Source: a virus (taxonomy: Duplodnaviria; Caudoviricetes). Taken from it: a DNA stretch of 50,029 bases. The stretch lies in IMG/VR virus record IMGVR_UViG_3300033067_001279, positions 1 through 50,029 of that record. One strand, given 5' to 3'. Under the pieces are notes generated by a model. That model worked only from the letters and a program-made list of their open reading frames with translations. It ran no database searches and was not told the DNA's origin. Both the position numbers and the translations under genes were made by a program. Shown here piece after piece: positions 42,874-50,029 of the stretch; position 1 is the first letter of the stretch; each line of letters opens with the position of its first letter.

Positions 42874-43881
42874 TCAGCGGCCCGCGCGGGCCTGCTGTTT
42901 CTCGATGAGCTGGCCATATTCCTTGTCCAGGCCCTCGGCATAATACTTGTTGATATCCGAGCGCATGACCTGGCGGATCTGCTCGAGGCGGGTGTCGACC
43001 GAGGCGCCGCCCTTCACATCGCCATCGAACATCACGTCATTGCCGTTGGCCCTGGCCATGGTGTTGAGGAACTTGTTAAACAGCGGGTTGTCGGCCAGGC
43101 GCATGCCATTCGGCATCCGGGCATTGAGCACGCTCTCCATGTCGTTGCCGAAGTGCTGCGAGAGCAAGGCGCCGTTCATGTTGATGTTGCGCCGGTAGTC
43201 GGTGCCCCACTCTGACCGGAGGGTGTCCTCGATCGCGTCCATGTTGCGGGCGTCGGCCTCGGCGGTGGCTTCCGCCTGGATGGTCGCCAGCTTGATGAGC
43301 GATTGCGACACCTTGCCGGCCTGATCCTGGCTGAGCCCGGCCTCATGCAGGCCGCCCTTGAGCACATCAAGGCCGGCCTTGGTGGCGGGGTCGAGGGTTG
43401 CCAGATCGACGCCCTGCACCTGGGGGAGCTGGTAGCCGTCTGGGTTCTCCGGAATGCCCTGCTCCTCACGCCAGGCCTTGAGCTCCTCGGGGCTATCGCC
43501 CTTCGGTGCGGCGCGCTTGTACTCGCCAGATCGGATTTTCTGCTGGGCGGCCAGCAAGGCTTTCGCCATGTCGGCCGGCGTCTGATACCGCTCGAGCAGC
43601 TTGCCGGCCTCGGGGGTGCCGGTGGCCGTGGCGATCTGCTCGCGCCAGTTCTCGGGCCAGGCCGCAGATCCCTGGGCGCCAGGCTCGGGCTCGCCAATCG
43701 CCTCATAGATCGAGGTGCCTTTCGCGGCCGGCTTGGGAGCGGGCGCTTGGCCGGCCGGGGCATGGCCAGCGGGTGCGGCGGGCTGGCCGCTATTCGGCGC
43801 TGGGGCGGGCTGGCTTGTTCCGGCGGGTGCTGGGCTTGGGGTTCCGCCGATCGGGTCGGGGAGCTTCGGGGCTAGTGCCAT
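42874..43881 (-). CDS. Capsid scaffolding protein
   Basis: P/A-rich N-terminus; WPENWR; GIPENPDGY; GLSQDQA; LRSEWGTDY; AGGAG RBS before ATG 43881. Confidence 0.82.
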   Translation of the reverse strand: MALAPKLPDPIGGTPSPAPAGTSQPAPAPNSGQPAAPAGHAPAGQAPAPKPAAKGTSIYEAIGEPEPGAQGSAAWPENWREQIATATGTPEAGKLLERYQTPADMAKALLAAQQKIRSGEYKRAAPKGDSPEELKAWREEQGIPENPDGYQLPQVQGVDLATLDPATKAGLDVLKGGLHEAGLSQDQAGKVSQSLIKLATIQAEATAEADARNMDAIEDTLRSEWGTDYRRNINMNGALLSQHFGNDMESVLNARMPNGMRLADNPLFNKFLNTMARANGNDVMFDGDVKGGASVDTRLEQIRQVMRSDINKYYAEGLDKEYGQLIEKQQARAGR

Positions 43882-44158
43882 CGGTTTTCTCCTGGGGTGG
43901 CAATGGACGGTCGATCGCGTTGAGGATGCGCGTTCCGACGAACCGCTTGCCCTCTGCAAAATCCGACGCGCGGGATCCGTCCGGCCCGGGTCGGAAGCTC
44001 ATGTCATAGGTGCACGCGAACTTGGTGAGGATGGTCACCAGGGCGATTTTCTGCTGGGCGGCCGAGGCCACGCCGGCAGCCAGGGCTTTGAAGGCGACAA
44101 CCTCGGCGGTGCCGAGCTCGGGGGCTTCCCAGGGATTGACCGGCGGCTTGTACGTCAC
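43790..44158 (-). CDS. Bbp19-like head protein between portal and scaffold
   Basis: SFRPG...DFAEGKRFVG motif; GTGA coupling to the portal gene. Confidence 0.75.
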   Translation of the reverse strand: MTYKPPVNPWEAPELGTAEVVAFKALAAGVASAAQQKIALVTILTKFACTYDMSFRPGPDGSRASDFAEGKRFVGTRILNAIDRPLPPQEKTDGTSPEAPRPDRRNPKPSTRRNKPARPSAE

Positions 44159-45837
44159 GCGGCCGCCGGCATCTGTTGCGTTGCACCCGGCGGCATCTGC
44201 TGCGCCGCGCCCTGCACCGTCGCCGGGCCCATCCTGGCCTGGATCTCAGCCAGGTGTTTCATTTCCATGAGGGCCTGGGTGGTGGTCTGATCCTGCTGCG
44301 CGGCCTGCTGATCCTTCTGCGCGGTGTCCGGATCCTTGAGCCAGTTGGGCGGCGCAATACCGGAGATCGCATCGCGGAAGGCCTGGTTGCCGTCAAAGTT
44401 GGTGATCACTGACGGATCCAGGTTTTGCTTCGCCTGGGTGAGGATGCTCATCGAGGTGTTGAAGGCAAAGGCCTTGTTCTGGCGCTTGGCGTCCTGGAGC
44501 GGGTTGTCATAGGTGTATTCGATATCGCGGCCCTGGAGTTCCTTGGGCATTTCGGTGATCGGGCCCCACATGCCCATGCGGATGGCCATCTCCACGGCGA
44601 TATCGAGGATCGAGGAATTGCGCTCCGTCTCGGCCGGCGCGATCACCGGCTGGGCCACGCGCAAGAACTCCTCATGTCGACGCTGCACCTCCTCGGCCGT
44701 CATCTGCGGGTTGTTCTGTGGCAGGAACAGCTTGGACAGATAGAACGCATCCTTGAGGTTGCCGGTAATGCCCTGGCGGAGCACCTCACCAAACTGCGGG
44801 TTGCTGCCGAGCTCGAGGGCGCGGATGGCCTCGCCGGTGCGCTCGTCATACCGCTGATCCACCCAGGTGATCATGCCGGAGCGGATGTCGACACCCGAGA
44901 CGATCGCCTCGGACTGGGCCACCAGGGGCGGCTCGACGGCTTTCTCGCCGGCCTCGATAATGCTCCAGGTCATGGTTTGGAGGCTGCGCCCATCGGGCAG
45001 TGCAATGACCGTGCAGGGAGACAGGGCGTAGGGCGATGAGTCTATCCTGAACCACCGCGACACAGAATAGTTGAAGATGAACTCGGGCTTGGCCGAGATT
45101 TCCCACTGTTGCGACGGCATCAAATAGCACGAATACCAGCCTGCCGCGGTCTTCTCCTTGGGCTTATACTCAACCGCCGGAACGAGCACATGGTAGATAT
45201 CCACCACGTCATTTGGAGACTTCTCGAGTTTCTCCCTCACCTTGGGCGGCACGTCCCAGCCCTTGCGCTCCTGGGAGCAGAGGTTGCGAACCGTCACCTT
45301 CACCTTGCGATAGAAGGTGTCGACCTCGCCATCATAGTTCTCACGCCAGGCGCAATCGCGAAGGTGCCAGGTGCGAAAGCGCAAGCCGAGGCCGTCCGAT
45401 CGCCCCTCGACGGAGGTTGCCGCGTTGCCGAACGTGACCCAATCATGGTCACCGGCGCGCGCCGCGTTGCTGAAATTCGACCGGCGGTCCTTGAGGAGCT
45501 GGGCGGTCATTTCGGTGCGGGTGTCGAGGTACTGTTGCACGCTCAGGATCTTGCCGATGCGCGGATCCCTGGGCACAATTTTGAACCAATCCCGTTCCCA
45601 GGGGCGGAGGGCGGCGTCCAGGTAGTTGCCGAAGTCGCGACGGAACAAGCTGGGCTCTGAGGCGTAGAGCTTCGAGGCGAAATCATCGCCCAGGGTGTTC
45701 TCGGTCGTGAACTCGGCGCGCTCCGGATAGAAATGCTCCGCGATGTCCTGGAAAAAGTTCATCAGGTTGCCGCGGTTGGAAAAGGCTGAAAGCACCTGTT
45801 GGCAAACCAACTGGCCGTGCGCGTCGAGTGCAGGCAT
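44155..45837 (-). CDS. Portal (head-tail connector) protein, T7 gp8/BPP-1-like
   Basis: IAEHFYPERA...WFKI...SNF...FGNA...RWF...YALSP...ALPD...PPL...MTAEEV...YDNPL. Confidence 0.9.
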   Translation of the reverse strand: MPALDAHGQLVCQQVLSAFSNRGNLMNFFQDIAEHFYPERAEFTTENTLGDDFASKLYASEPSLFRRDFGNYLDAALRPWERDWFKIVPRDPRIGKILSVQQYLDTRTEMTAQLLKDRRSNFSNAARAGDHDWVTFGNAATSVEGRSDGLGLRFRTWHLRDCAWRENYDGEVDTFYRKVKVTVRNLCSQERKGWDVPPKVREKLEKSPNDVVDIYHVLVPAVEYKPKEKTAAGWYSCYLMPSQQWEISAKPEFIFNYSVSRWFRIDSSPYALSPCTVIALPDGRSLQTMTWSIIEAGEKAVEPPLVAQSEAIVSGVDIRSGMITWVDQRYDERTGEAIRALELGSNPQFGEVLRQGITGNLKDAFYLSKLFLPQNNPQMTAEEVQRRHEEFLRVAQPVIAPAETERNSSILDIAVEMAIRMGMWGPITEMPKELQGRDIEYTYDNPLQDAKRQNKAFAFNTSMSILTQAKQNLDPSVITNFDGNQAFRDAISGIAPPNWLKDPDTAQKDQQAAQQDQTTTQALMEMKHLAEIQARMGPATVQGAAQQMPPGATQQMPAAA

Positions 45838-45855
45838 GGGAGCCCCCCCTTGGTG

Positions 45856-46080
45856 TTACTGCGTGCCGCCGAGATTCTGCTGATTATAGGCGCCGGATCC
45901 GTTGGTGTAGATGGTGCCGGCGCGGCCCTTGGCCTGGCGCTCCTCCAACTTTTTCCGGGCGGCGAGCAAGGCCGCGGGATCCTGGGGGTCGGGCATCTGG
46001 GTCACCCCGCCCGCCGCCGGTGTAATCGCCGGCATCTTGGGGGCAAACAATCCGCCGATCGTCTTCATAATGCCAGCCAT
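45856..46080 (-). CDS. Small virion-associated protein upstream of the portal
   Basis: GGAGG RBS; MPDP...GRAGTI...LG pattern typical of this position in podoviruses. Confidence 0.7.
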   Translation of the reverse strand: MAGIMKTIGGLFAPKMPAITPAAGGVTQMPDPQDPAALLAARKKLEERQAKGRAGTIYTNGSGAYNQQNLGGTQ

Positions 46081-46082
46081 AT

Positions 46083-47669
46083 CTACCTCCGGGGCTTGCG
46101 GCTCGAGGTGATCGCTCGCGCCATGCTGGCGGGTATAGCATTGCCGTGCGCAGTTGTCTTGCCCCGAGCGTAAGCCGCCATGATCACCGCGTCGGCCTTG
46201 TCGGGGGAGCGCCCGAGGAGCTGGCGAATGTCCTCTTTCGCCTTCACGAACACCTTGGAGCCGGGGCGCATTTCCCAGCGGACCGCCGCGAGCTCGGCCT
46301 TGAGCTCGGGGTCCGGATGAAGCGCCAGGTTCTTGCCGTGCTCGGGATCCAGGGCCTCACGGAAGCCCCAGCTCGCGGCGGCCCGGAGGTTCCAGAATTT
46401 CAGGGTGCCGGTGCGGTCCTTGATGCTCTCGGCCGAAGCGGCGCCGGAGTAGAGCGTCGGCTGGATCGGGAGCTGTGTCTCGGTGTCGTTCGATGTCAGG
46501 TGATCCCGGGTCGATCCGCCATAGCCGCCGCCCATGTCGATGATGATCTCCGCGCCATTGCGCCGGTGCATGACCAGGAGGCCGGCAACGATCGAGCCGG
46601 TCGGCGTGTCGCGGCCTGGCCAGGACAGGAGTTGATCGAACCACGTGCCATGCCGGCGGGCAAAGGTGGTGCGGTCGCCGCCGCCCTGGGCGATGTCCGC
46701 GGCGATCACGTCCATGGGGCGCTCGCGGCCGCGCTCGCTCCAGCGCGCCATGGCCTGCTCGATCCAGTCGGTCGGGAATAGCTGGAACTCGGCATCGACA
46801 TGCGACACCGTGAAGTCACCCTTCATCGAGCGGCGGAGCTCCTCGGGCAGGCCGGACAGCGTGGCGGCATATCCCGTTTCGGCCAGGTCCGGGTTGTCCT
46901 CGAGGCTGGCCGGAATGAAGGTGCGCGACTTGGGATAGACCGGCCGGCCCTGCTCATCGAGGAGCCGCTCGCCCTCGATCGTCACCGGGCCCGGGCCCTC
47001 AACCTCATAGTCCTTGCCCTGGAACGTGGTGAAATATCGCAGTTCACCAGGCAAGGCGGGGTTGGGGTGATTCGGGTCCAGCCAGGGCGCCCACCGCTCG
47101 ATCACCCACATGCCCTCAGCGGTGGTTGGCGGGTTGCCGGCGGCGATCACCCGGACGCGCTGGCCGGGCATCGTCGATCGCGCCCAGGCAATAATAAATT
47201 CATACTGTTCCCGTAGGAAATTGGTCACCTCATCGAAGCCGATAAAGTCTTTCGGCACGCCGCGGTATTTCTCGCGGTCCTTGAGAAACTGGACACCGCC
47301 AAACATCACGATCTGTTCAGCGAATTTCCACCTGGCCGGCGCGTTGCGCTTGAGGCCGCGGTCATGGCCGACAATCTCGATGGCCCGGTCAATGAGGCCG
47401 TCCACCTCACCGTTGAGCCGGCGGAGGATCAGGCTCCGGCGATGGTGGGCCAGGGCGGTGCCGAGGAGGAGATCGGTTTTGCCGCCCCCTGCCTCGCCAC
47501 CGTAGAACAGTTCGTCGGCCTCACTCTCGAATGCGAGGGTCTGAGGGCCCGCGTTCGGGAGCCAGGCCTGGCCCTGGAAGATCGGCCGCACGGTCCGCGA
47601 GATCTCGGCCAGTTGCTCCGGCGGGAGCTGCGCCATCAGCTTCTCGAGCTCGCTTTGCAAGTTGGTCAT
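46083..47669 (-). CDS. terL: Terminase large subunit
   Basis: Walker A YGGEAGGGKT, Walker B FIGFDE, GNPP, nuclease DIAQGGGD...SPDKADA. Confidence 0.95.
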   Translation of the reverse strand: MTNLQSELEKLMAQLPPEQLAEISRTVRPIFQGQAWLPNAGPQTLAFESEADELFYGGEAGGGKTDLLLGTALAHHRRSLILRRLNGEVDGLIDRAIEIVGHDRGLKRNAPARWKFAEQIVMFGGVQFLKDREKYRGVPKDFIGFDEVTNFLREQYEFIIAWARSTMPGQRVRVIAAGNPPTTAEGMWVIERWAPWLDPNHPNPALPGELRYFTTFQGKDYEVEGPGPVTIEGERLLDEQGRPVYPKSRTFIPASLEDNPDLAETGYAATLSGLPEELRRSMKGDFTVSHVDAEFQLFPTDWIEQAMARWSERGRERPMDVIAADIAQGGGDRTTFARRHGTWFDQLLSWPGRDTPTGSIVAGLLVMHRRNGAEIIIDMGGGYGGSTRDHLTSNDTETQLPIQPTLYSGAASAESIKDRTGTLKFWNLRAAASWGFREALDPEHGKNLALHPDPELKAELAAVRWEMRPGSKVFVKAKEDIRQLLGRSPDKADAVIMAAYARGKTTAHGNAIPASMARAITSSRKPRR

Positions 47670-47711
47670 GGGGCTCCCTGGGGCGCGGCCGGCGGTAGAT
47701 CGAGATCAGTT

Positions 47712-47972
47712 TCACACGGTTTCCCAGTCGTCAGCCAGGAGATCGCTCTGCGAGGCGAGCCAGGGGACGATCGAGCCGTCAGCCGTGTGCATGTCGATGT
47801 GGCCCTGGTAGCGCACCGCCTTGCCGTCGCCCAGGATCGAGAGCAACGGCTCGCGGTTGACGATGAAGGTTGAGCCCTTCACCAGGAAGACGAACATGCC
47901 TTTGCCGTTCCAGCCGGCGCGGGCGAGAAGTTCACCGCCCTTGATGGCGGTCAGTGCATCCGAGAAATTCAT
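47712..47972 (-). CDS. DUF2829/Tad2-like protein (candidate anti-Thoeris sponge)
   Basis: MNFSDAL...ARAGWNGKGMFVFLV...IDM-TADG-IVPWLASQSDLLADDW is the DUF2829 signature. Confidence 0.88.
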   Translation of the reverse strand: MNFSDALTAIKGGELLARAGWNGKGMFVFLVKGSTFIVNREPLLSILGDGKAVRYQGHIDMHTADGSIVPWLASQSDLLADDWETV

Positions 47973-48490
47973 TGTTGGGGTTCCTTGCTTGCCATGTGGA
48001 GAAGACGGGCCACCTGGCGCGCCACCGTGCGCACCTCGAGCGGCTTGCTATCTTCGGGGTTGCCTTCAATCGCCGGGGCGATGTCCTCGCCCCAGGCCAT
48101 CTTGTTGCGGGCCCAGATCTCGGCGGCGCGCGGGTTGGGCGGGTAGTAGCGGCGCACCGGGATGCGCTGCACCTCGCCATTCACCACCTTGATCTCCTCC
48201 TCGTCGCGGTCGTAGCCGATCGCCATCTGGTAGATCGCGAGCTCGACGCGGGAGTTGGCCGCTTCGTGGCCGATCGCCAGGGCGGCGGTAACGGCGGGAT
48301 CCTCGGCCCGCCAGCGCCAGAAGGTCATCCTCGAGACGCCCAGGATGTCCGCGATCTCGTTGGCCAGGAAGCCGTGGCGGGCGAGCTTCTTGATCGTCTC
48401 GATCGCCGCGGGGGTGCAGCCGGACTGGCGGCCCCCGCGGCGCTTGGGCTTGGCCTTCGCCTTGGCCTTCGGCTTGGCCTTGCGCGGCAT
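47969..48490 (-). CDS. terS: Terminase small subunit
   Basis: HTH EIADILGVSRMTFWRWR; AIYQMAIGY...YYPPNPRAAEIWARN; upstream of TerL. Confidence 0.85.
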   Translation of the reverse strand: MPRKAKPKAKAKAKPKRRGGRQSGCTPAAIETIKKLARHGFLANEIADILGVSRMTFWRWRAEDPAVTAALAIGHEAANSRVELAIYQMAIGYDRDEEEIKVVNGEVQRIPVRRYYPPNPRAAEIWARNKMAWGEDIAPAIEGNPEDSKPLEVRTVARQVARLLHMASKEPQQ

Positions 48491-48492
48491 GC

Positions 48493-48849
48493 TCAGCCCT
48501 GGGGCGCGGCCTGCGGTGCGATCGGGTCGGCGGGATCCGGCGCCTGGCCGGCCGGGGAGGTCGGGGCGTCGGGAGCGAGATCAGGCTCGGCCTGGACAGT
48601 AGGCGCGGAAGTCGTGGCGGGTTCGGTCTGGGTGCCGAGCTCGGCCGGCATCGGGGTGGCGTGCTGGACCGGGTGGGTCTTGAGTGATTCGCAGATAGCG
48701 AAGGCCTGGGAAATGCGCGAAGCCGTCTCGCCTGGCGAGAGCCGCTCGCAATTCTCGATGGCCTGGATCAGGTGTTCGGTGTCACGCTCGGACGCTTCGA
48801 CGGGATAGGCCAGCGAGTTATGGCCATCCATAAACAGGATCATAATCAT
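48493..48849 (-). CDS. Hypothetical protein with a P/A-rich tail
   Basis: GGAG RBS; first gene after the terminator. Confidence 0.55.
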   Translation of the reverse strand: MIMILFMDGHNSLAYPVEASERDTEHLIQAIENCERLSPGETASRISQAFAICESLKTHPVQHATPMPAELGTQTEPATTSAPTVQAEPDLAPDAPTSPAGQAPDPADPIAPQAAPQG

Positions 48850-48899
48850 GGGGGGGTTCTCCGGTTGAGTGCAGCCGGACCATATCCTAACCCCAGGTT

Positions 48900-48930
48900 A
48901 AAAAAAAGCGCCCGGTTGTAGCCGGGCGTT
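48900..48930 (-). terminator. Intrinsic terminator upstream of the late region
   Basis: CGCCCGG-loop-CCGGGCG followed by C and T8 on the - strand. Confidence 0.8.
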
Positions 48931-49004
48931 TCTAGGTGGCCTGATGGAGACTCCAGGGAGGAAGTCCAGGGCGATATTGCCTCAAGGGCAGAAATCCGCA
49001 AGTG

Positions 49005-49196
49005 CTATTTTGCACACACCTCGATGAGGGCAATCACCAGGGTGGCGAAGAACCACCCCATGGCGCCGAAGGCCAGGGCGATTTGGGCCAGCGTCATGTA
49101 TCCGGCCTCGAGCTGCGCCGGGCCCACAGCATCAGGAGGGCCACGCCGGCGATCGGGGCGAACAGGGCGAGGAAGGTCAAGGCATGTCTCCGTCAT
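49005..49196 (-). CDS. Small membrane protein
   Basis: C-terminal hydrophobic helix IALAFGAMGWFFATLVIALI. Confidence 0.5.
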   Translation of the reverse strand: MTETCLDLPRPVRPDRRRGPPDAVGPAQLEAGYMTLAQIALAFGAMGWFFATLVIALIEVCAK

Positions 49197-49452
49197 TGAC
49201 GCCCCACTCATCGCAGATTGTGACTGGCTGTTCCACGATCGAGAGGTTGCTCCCGAGCGGGACCGCGATGCCAGGCACCGGCATGATCACGGTCTGGGTT
49301 TCCTGGTGGGCGCGCTGACAGTCGGTCGGCATGTCCGGCAGCGGGCCCATGTCATCCGCGAAATAGCGCACGCCGGCGATCGCCACGATCAGGGCGGCCA
49401 CGATGAATGCCGAGGCCAGCACGGCGCCGCTCATGTGCAGGGCGGATTTCAT
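49177..49452 (-). CDS. Small membrane-anchored protein
   Basis: MKSALHMSGAVLASAFIVAALIVAIAG; start at ATG 49452. Confidence 0.55.
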   Translation of the reverse strand: MKSALHMSGAVLASAFIVAALIVAIAGVRYFADDMGPLPDMPTDCQRAHQETQTVIMPVPGIAVPLGSNLSIVEQPVTICDEWGVNDGDMP

Positions 49453-49454
49453 GG

Positions 49455-49589
49455 CTACCAACCCAGGGCCAGGCGGACGGCAAAGACGACGATCGACCCC
49501 AGGACGCCGGCGACCAGGCCGGCAGCGAAGCCAGCATCCCAATAGCCGCGGAAACACTTCTGCATCATGCTCCACTCATCGCCGGTCAT
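49455..49589 (-). CDS. 44-aa membrane peptide (below the ORF-track cutoff)
   Basis: MTGDEWSMMQKCFRGYWDAGFAAGLVAGVLGSIVVFAVRLALGW; GGGAG RBS; ATGA coupling. Confidence 0.55.
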   Translation of the reverse strand: MTGDEWSMMQKCFRGYWDAGFAAGLVAGVLGSIVVFAVRLALGW

Positions 49590-49945
49590 GGCTTCTCTCC
49601 CAGCACGGCGCGGTGTTTTGCTAACAGGTCATTGTATTTCTTGGCCCAACGGTTACGTGATTTTAAAAGACGCTCAACTTCCCTTTCCAGAACCTTGCAT
49701 GTCTCGCTGTCGGACATAACGGCAAGGCGCAAATCCGCTCTCAGCCGCTCGATTTCGGCGTCTTTCCCCGCCGCCTCAGCGCAATATTGCGTGGTGGTCT
49801 GATCCCGCGCGCAACCGCCATTGCGGAGGCGGTTGATCTCGGCAAGCATTTCCTCTGCCGTTTCGCGGTTTATCGTCACCTGTGTTGCGTCAGGCTTCCG
49901 GTCAATGGCCGCCCGAAGCCTTACCCATGCGAATTTATCACTCAT
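49586..49945 (-). CDS. Coiled-coil hypothetical protein
   Basis: AGGAG RBS and TGATG coupling at 49945; MSDKFAWVRL...GCARDQTTTQYCAEA. Confidence 0.65.
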   Translation of the reverse strand: MSDKFAWVRLRAAIDRKPDATQVTINRETAEEMLAEINRLRNGGCARDQTTTQYCAEAAGKDAEIERLRADLRLAVMSDSETCKVLEREVERLLKSRNRWAKKYNDLLAKHRAVLGEKP

Positions 49946-50029
49946 CACGCGCTCTCCTGCGGCGGGGGTGGGAGGGGCATCCACATGGTAGCGTTGCATC
50001 GTGCGCCGTTCTGCCAGAACGTCAGCCAC
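49945..50029 (-). CDS. 3' part of the junction-spanning DUF551-like protein
   Basis: Frame reads WLTFWQNGARCNATMWMPLPPPPQESA*; WMPLPxPP is the DUF551-type C-terminal motif. Confidence 0.65.
   Translation of the reverse strand, partial: WLTFWQNGARCNATMWMPLPPPPQESA

Noticed and set aside
49586-50029. ORF-track start at 50029 (MADVLAERR...)
   Set aside because: This is a window-edge artefact; the RBS and coupling support ATG 49945, and the upstream bases read better in the WMPLPPPP frame.
1-50029. tRNA, rRNA, IS elements or att sites
   Set aside because: None recognised by eye; tRNAscan-SE and ISEScan would be needed to exclude them formally.

Overview
The window looks like a complete, circularly permuted ~50.0 kb genome of a GC-rich tailed phage. 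An ORF runs in frame from base 1 across to base 50029. The host is probably an alphaproteobacterium, inferred from a GapR-like gene and the base composition. Layout: (i) an XRE regulator transcribed away from a + strand early operon with a duplicated 72-bp promoter cassette; (ii) a - strand replication and modification block with a lambda O-like initiator carrying iterons, a loader-like protein, three DNA methyltransferase loci, RuvC-like, HNH-AP2 and GapR-like genes; (iii) a + strand block with RecE/RecT-like, DUF968-like, ASCH-like and SMC-like ATPase genes; (iv) a long - strand podovirus-type late region with TerS, TerL, portal, scaffold, capsid, tail tubular A/B, ejection proteins, tail fibre and lysis genes. 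I recognised no integrase, DNA or RNA polymerase, tRNA or CRISPR array. The most striking element is a ~3,280-aa polyvalent ejection protein. It carries ParB-like, ADP-ribosyltransferase, TGT/DpdA-like base-exchange, winged-helix, zeta-toxin-like kinase, HExxH metallopeptidase and LPD38-like domains. Two small out-of-frame genes with their own RBS are nested directly behind two of its enzymatic domains. Also notable are two candidate cyclic-nucleotide sponge genes (Tad2-like and Acb2/Tad1-like) in the late operon, a two-frame C5 methyltransferase with an amber codon in motif VI, and a structured capsid mRNA leader. All family calls come from motif recognition by eye; no database searches were run.
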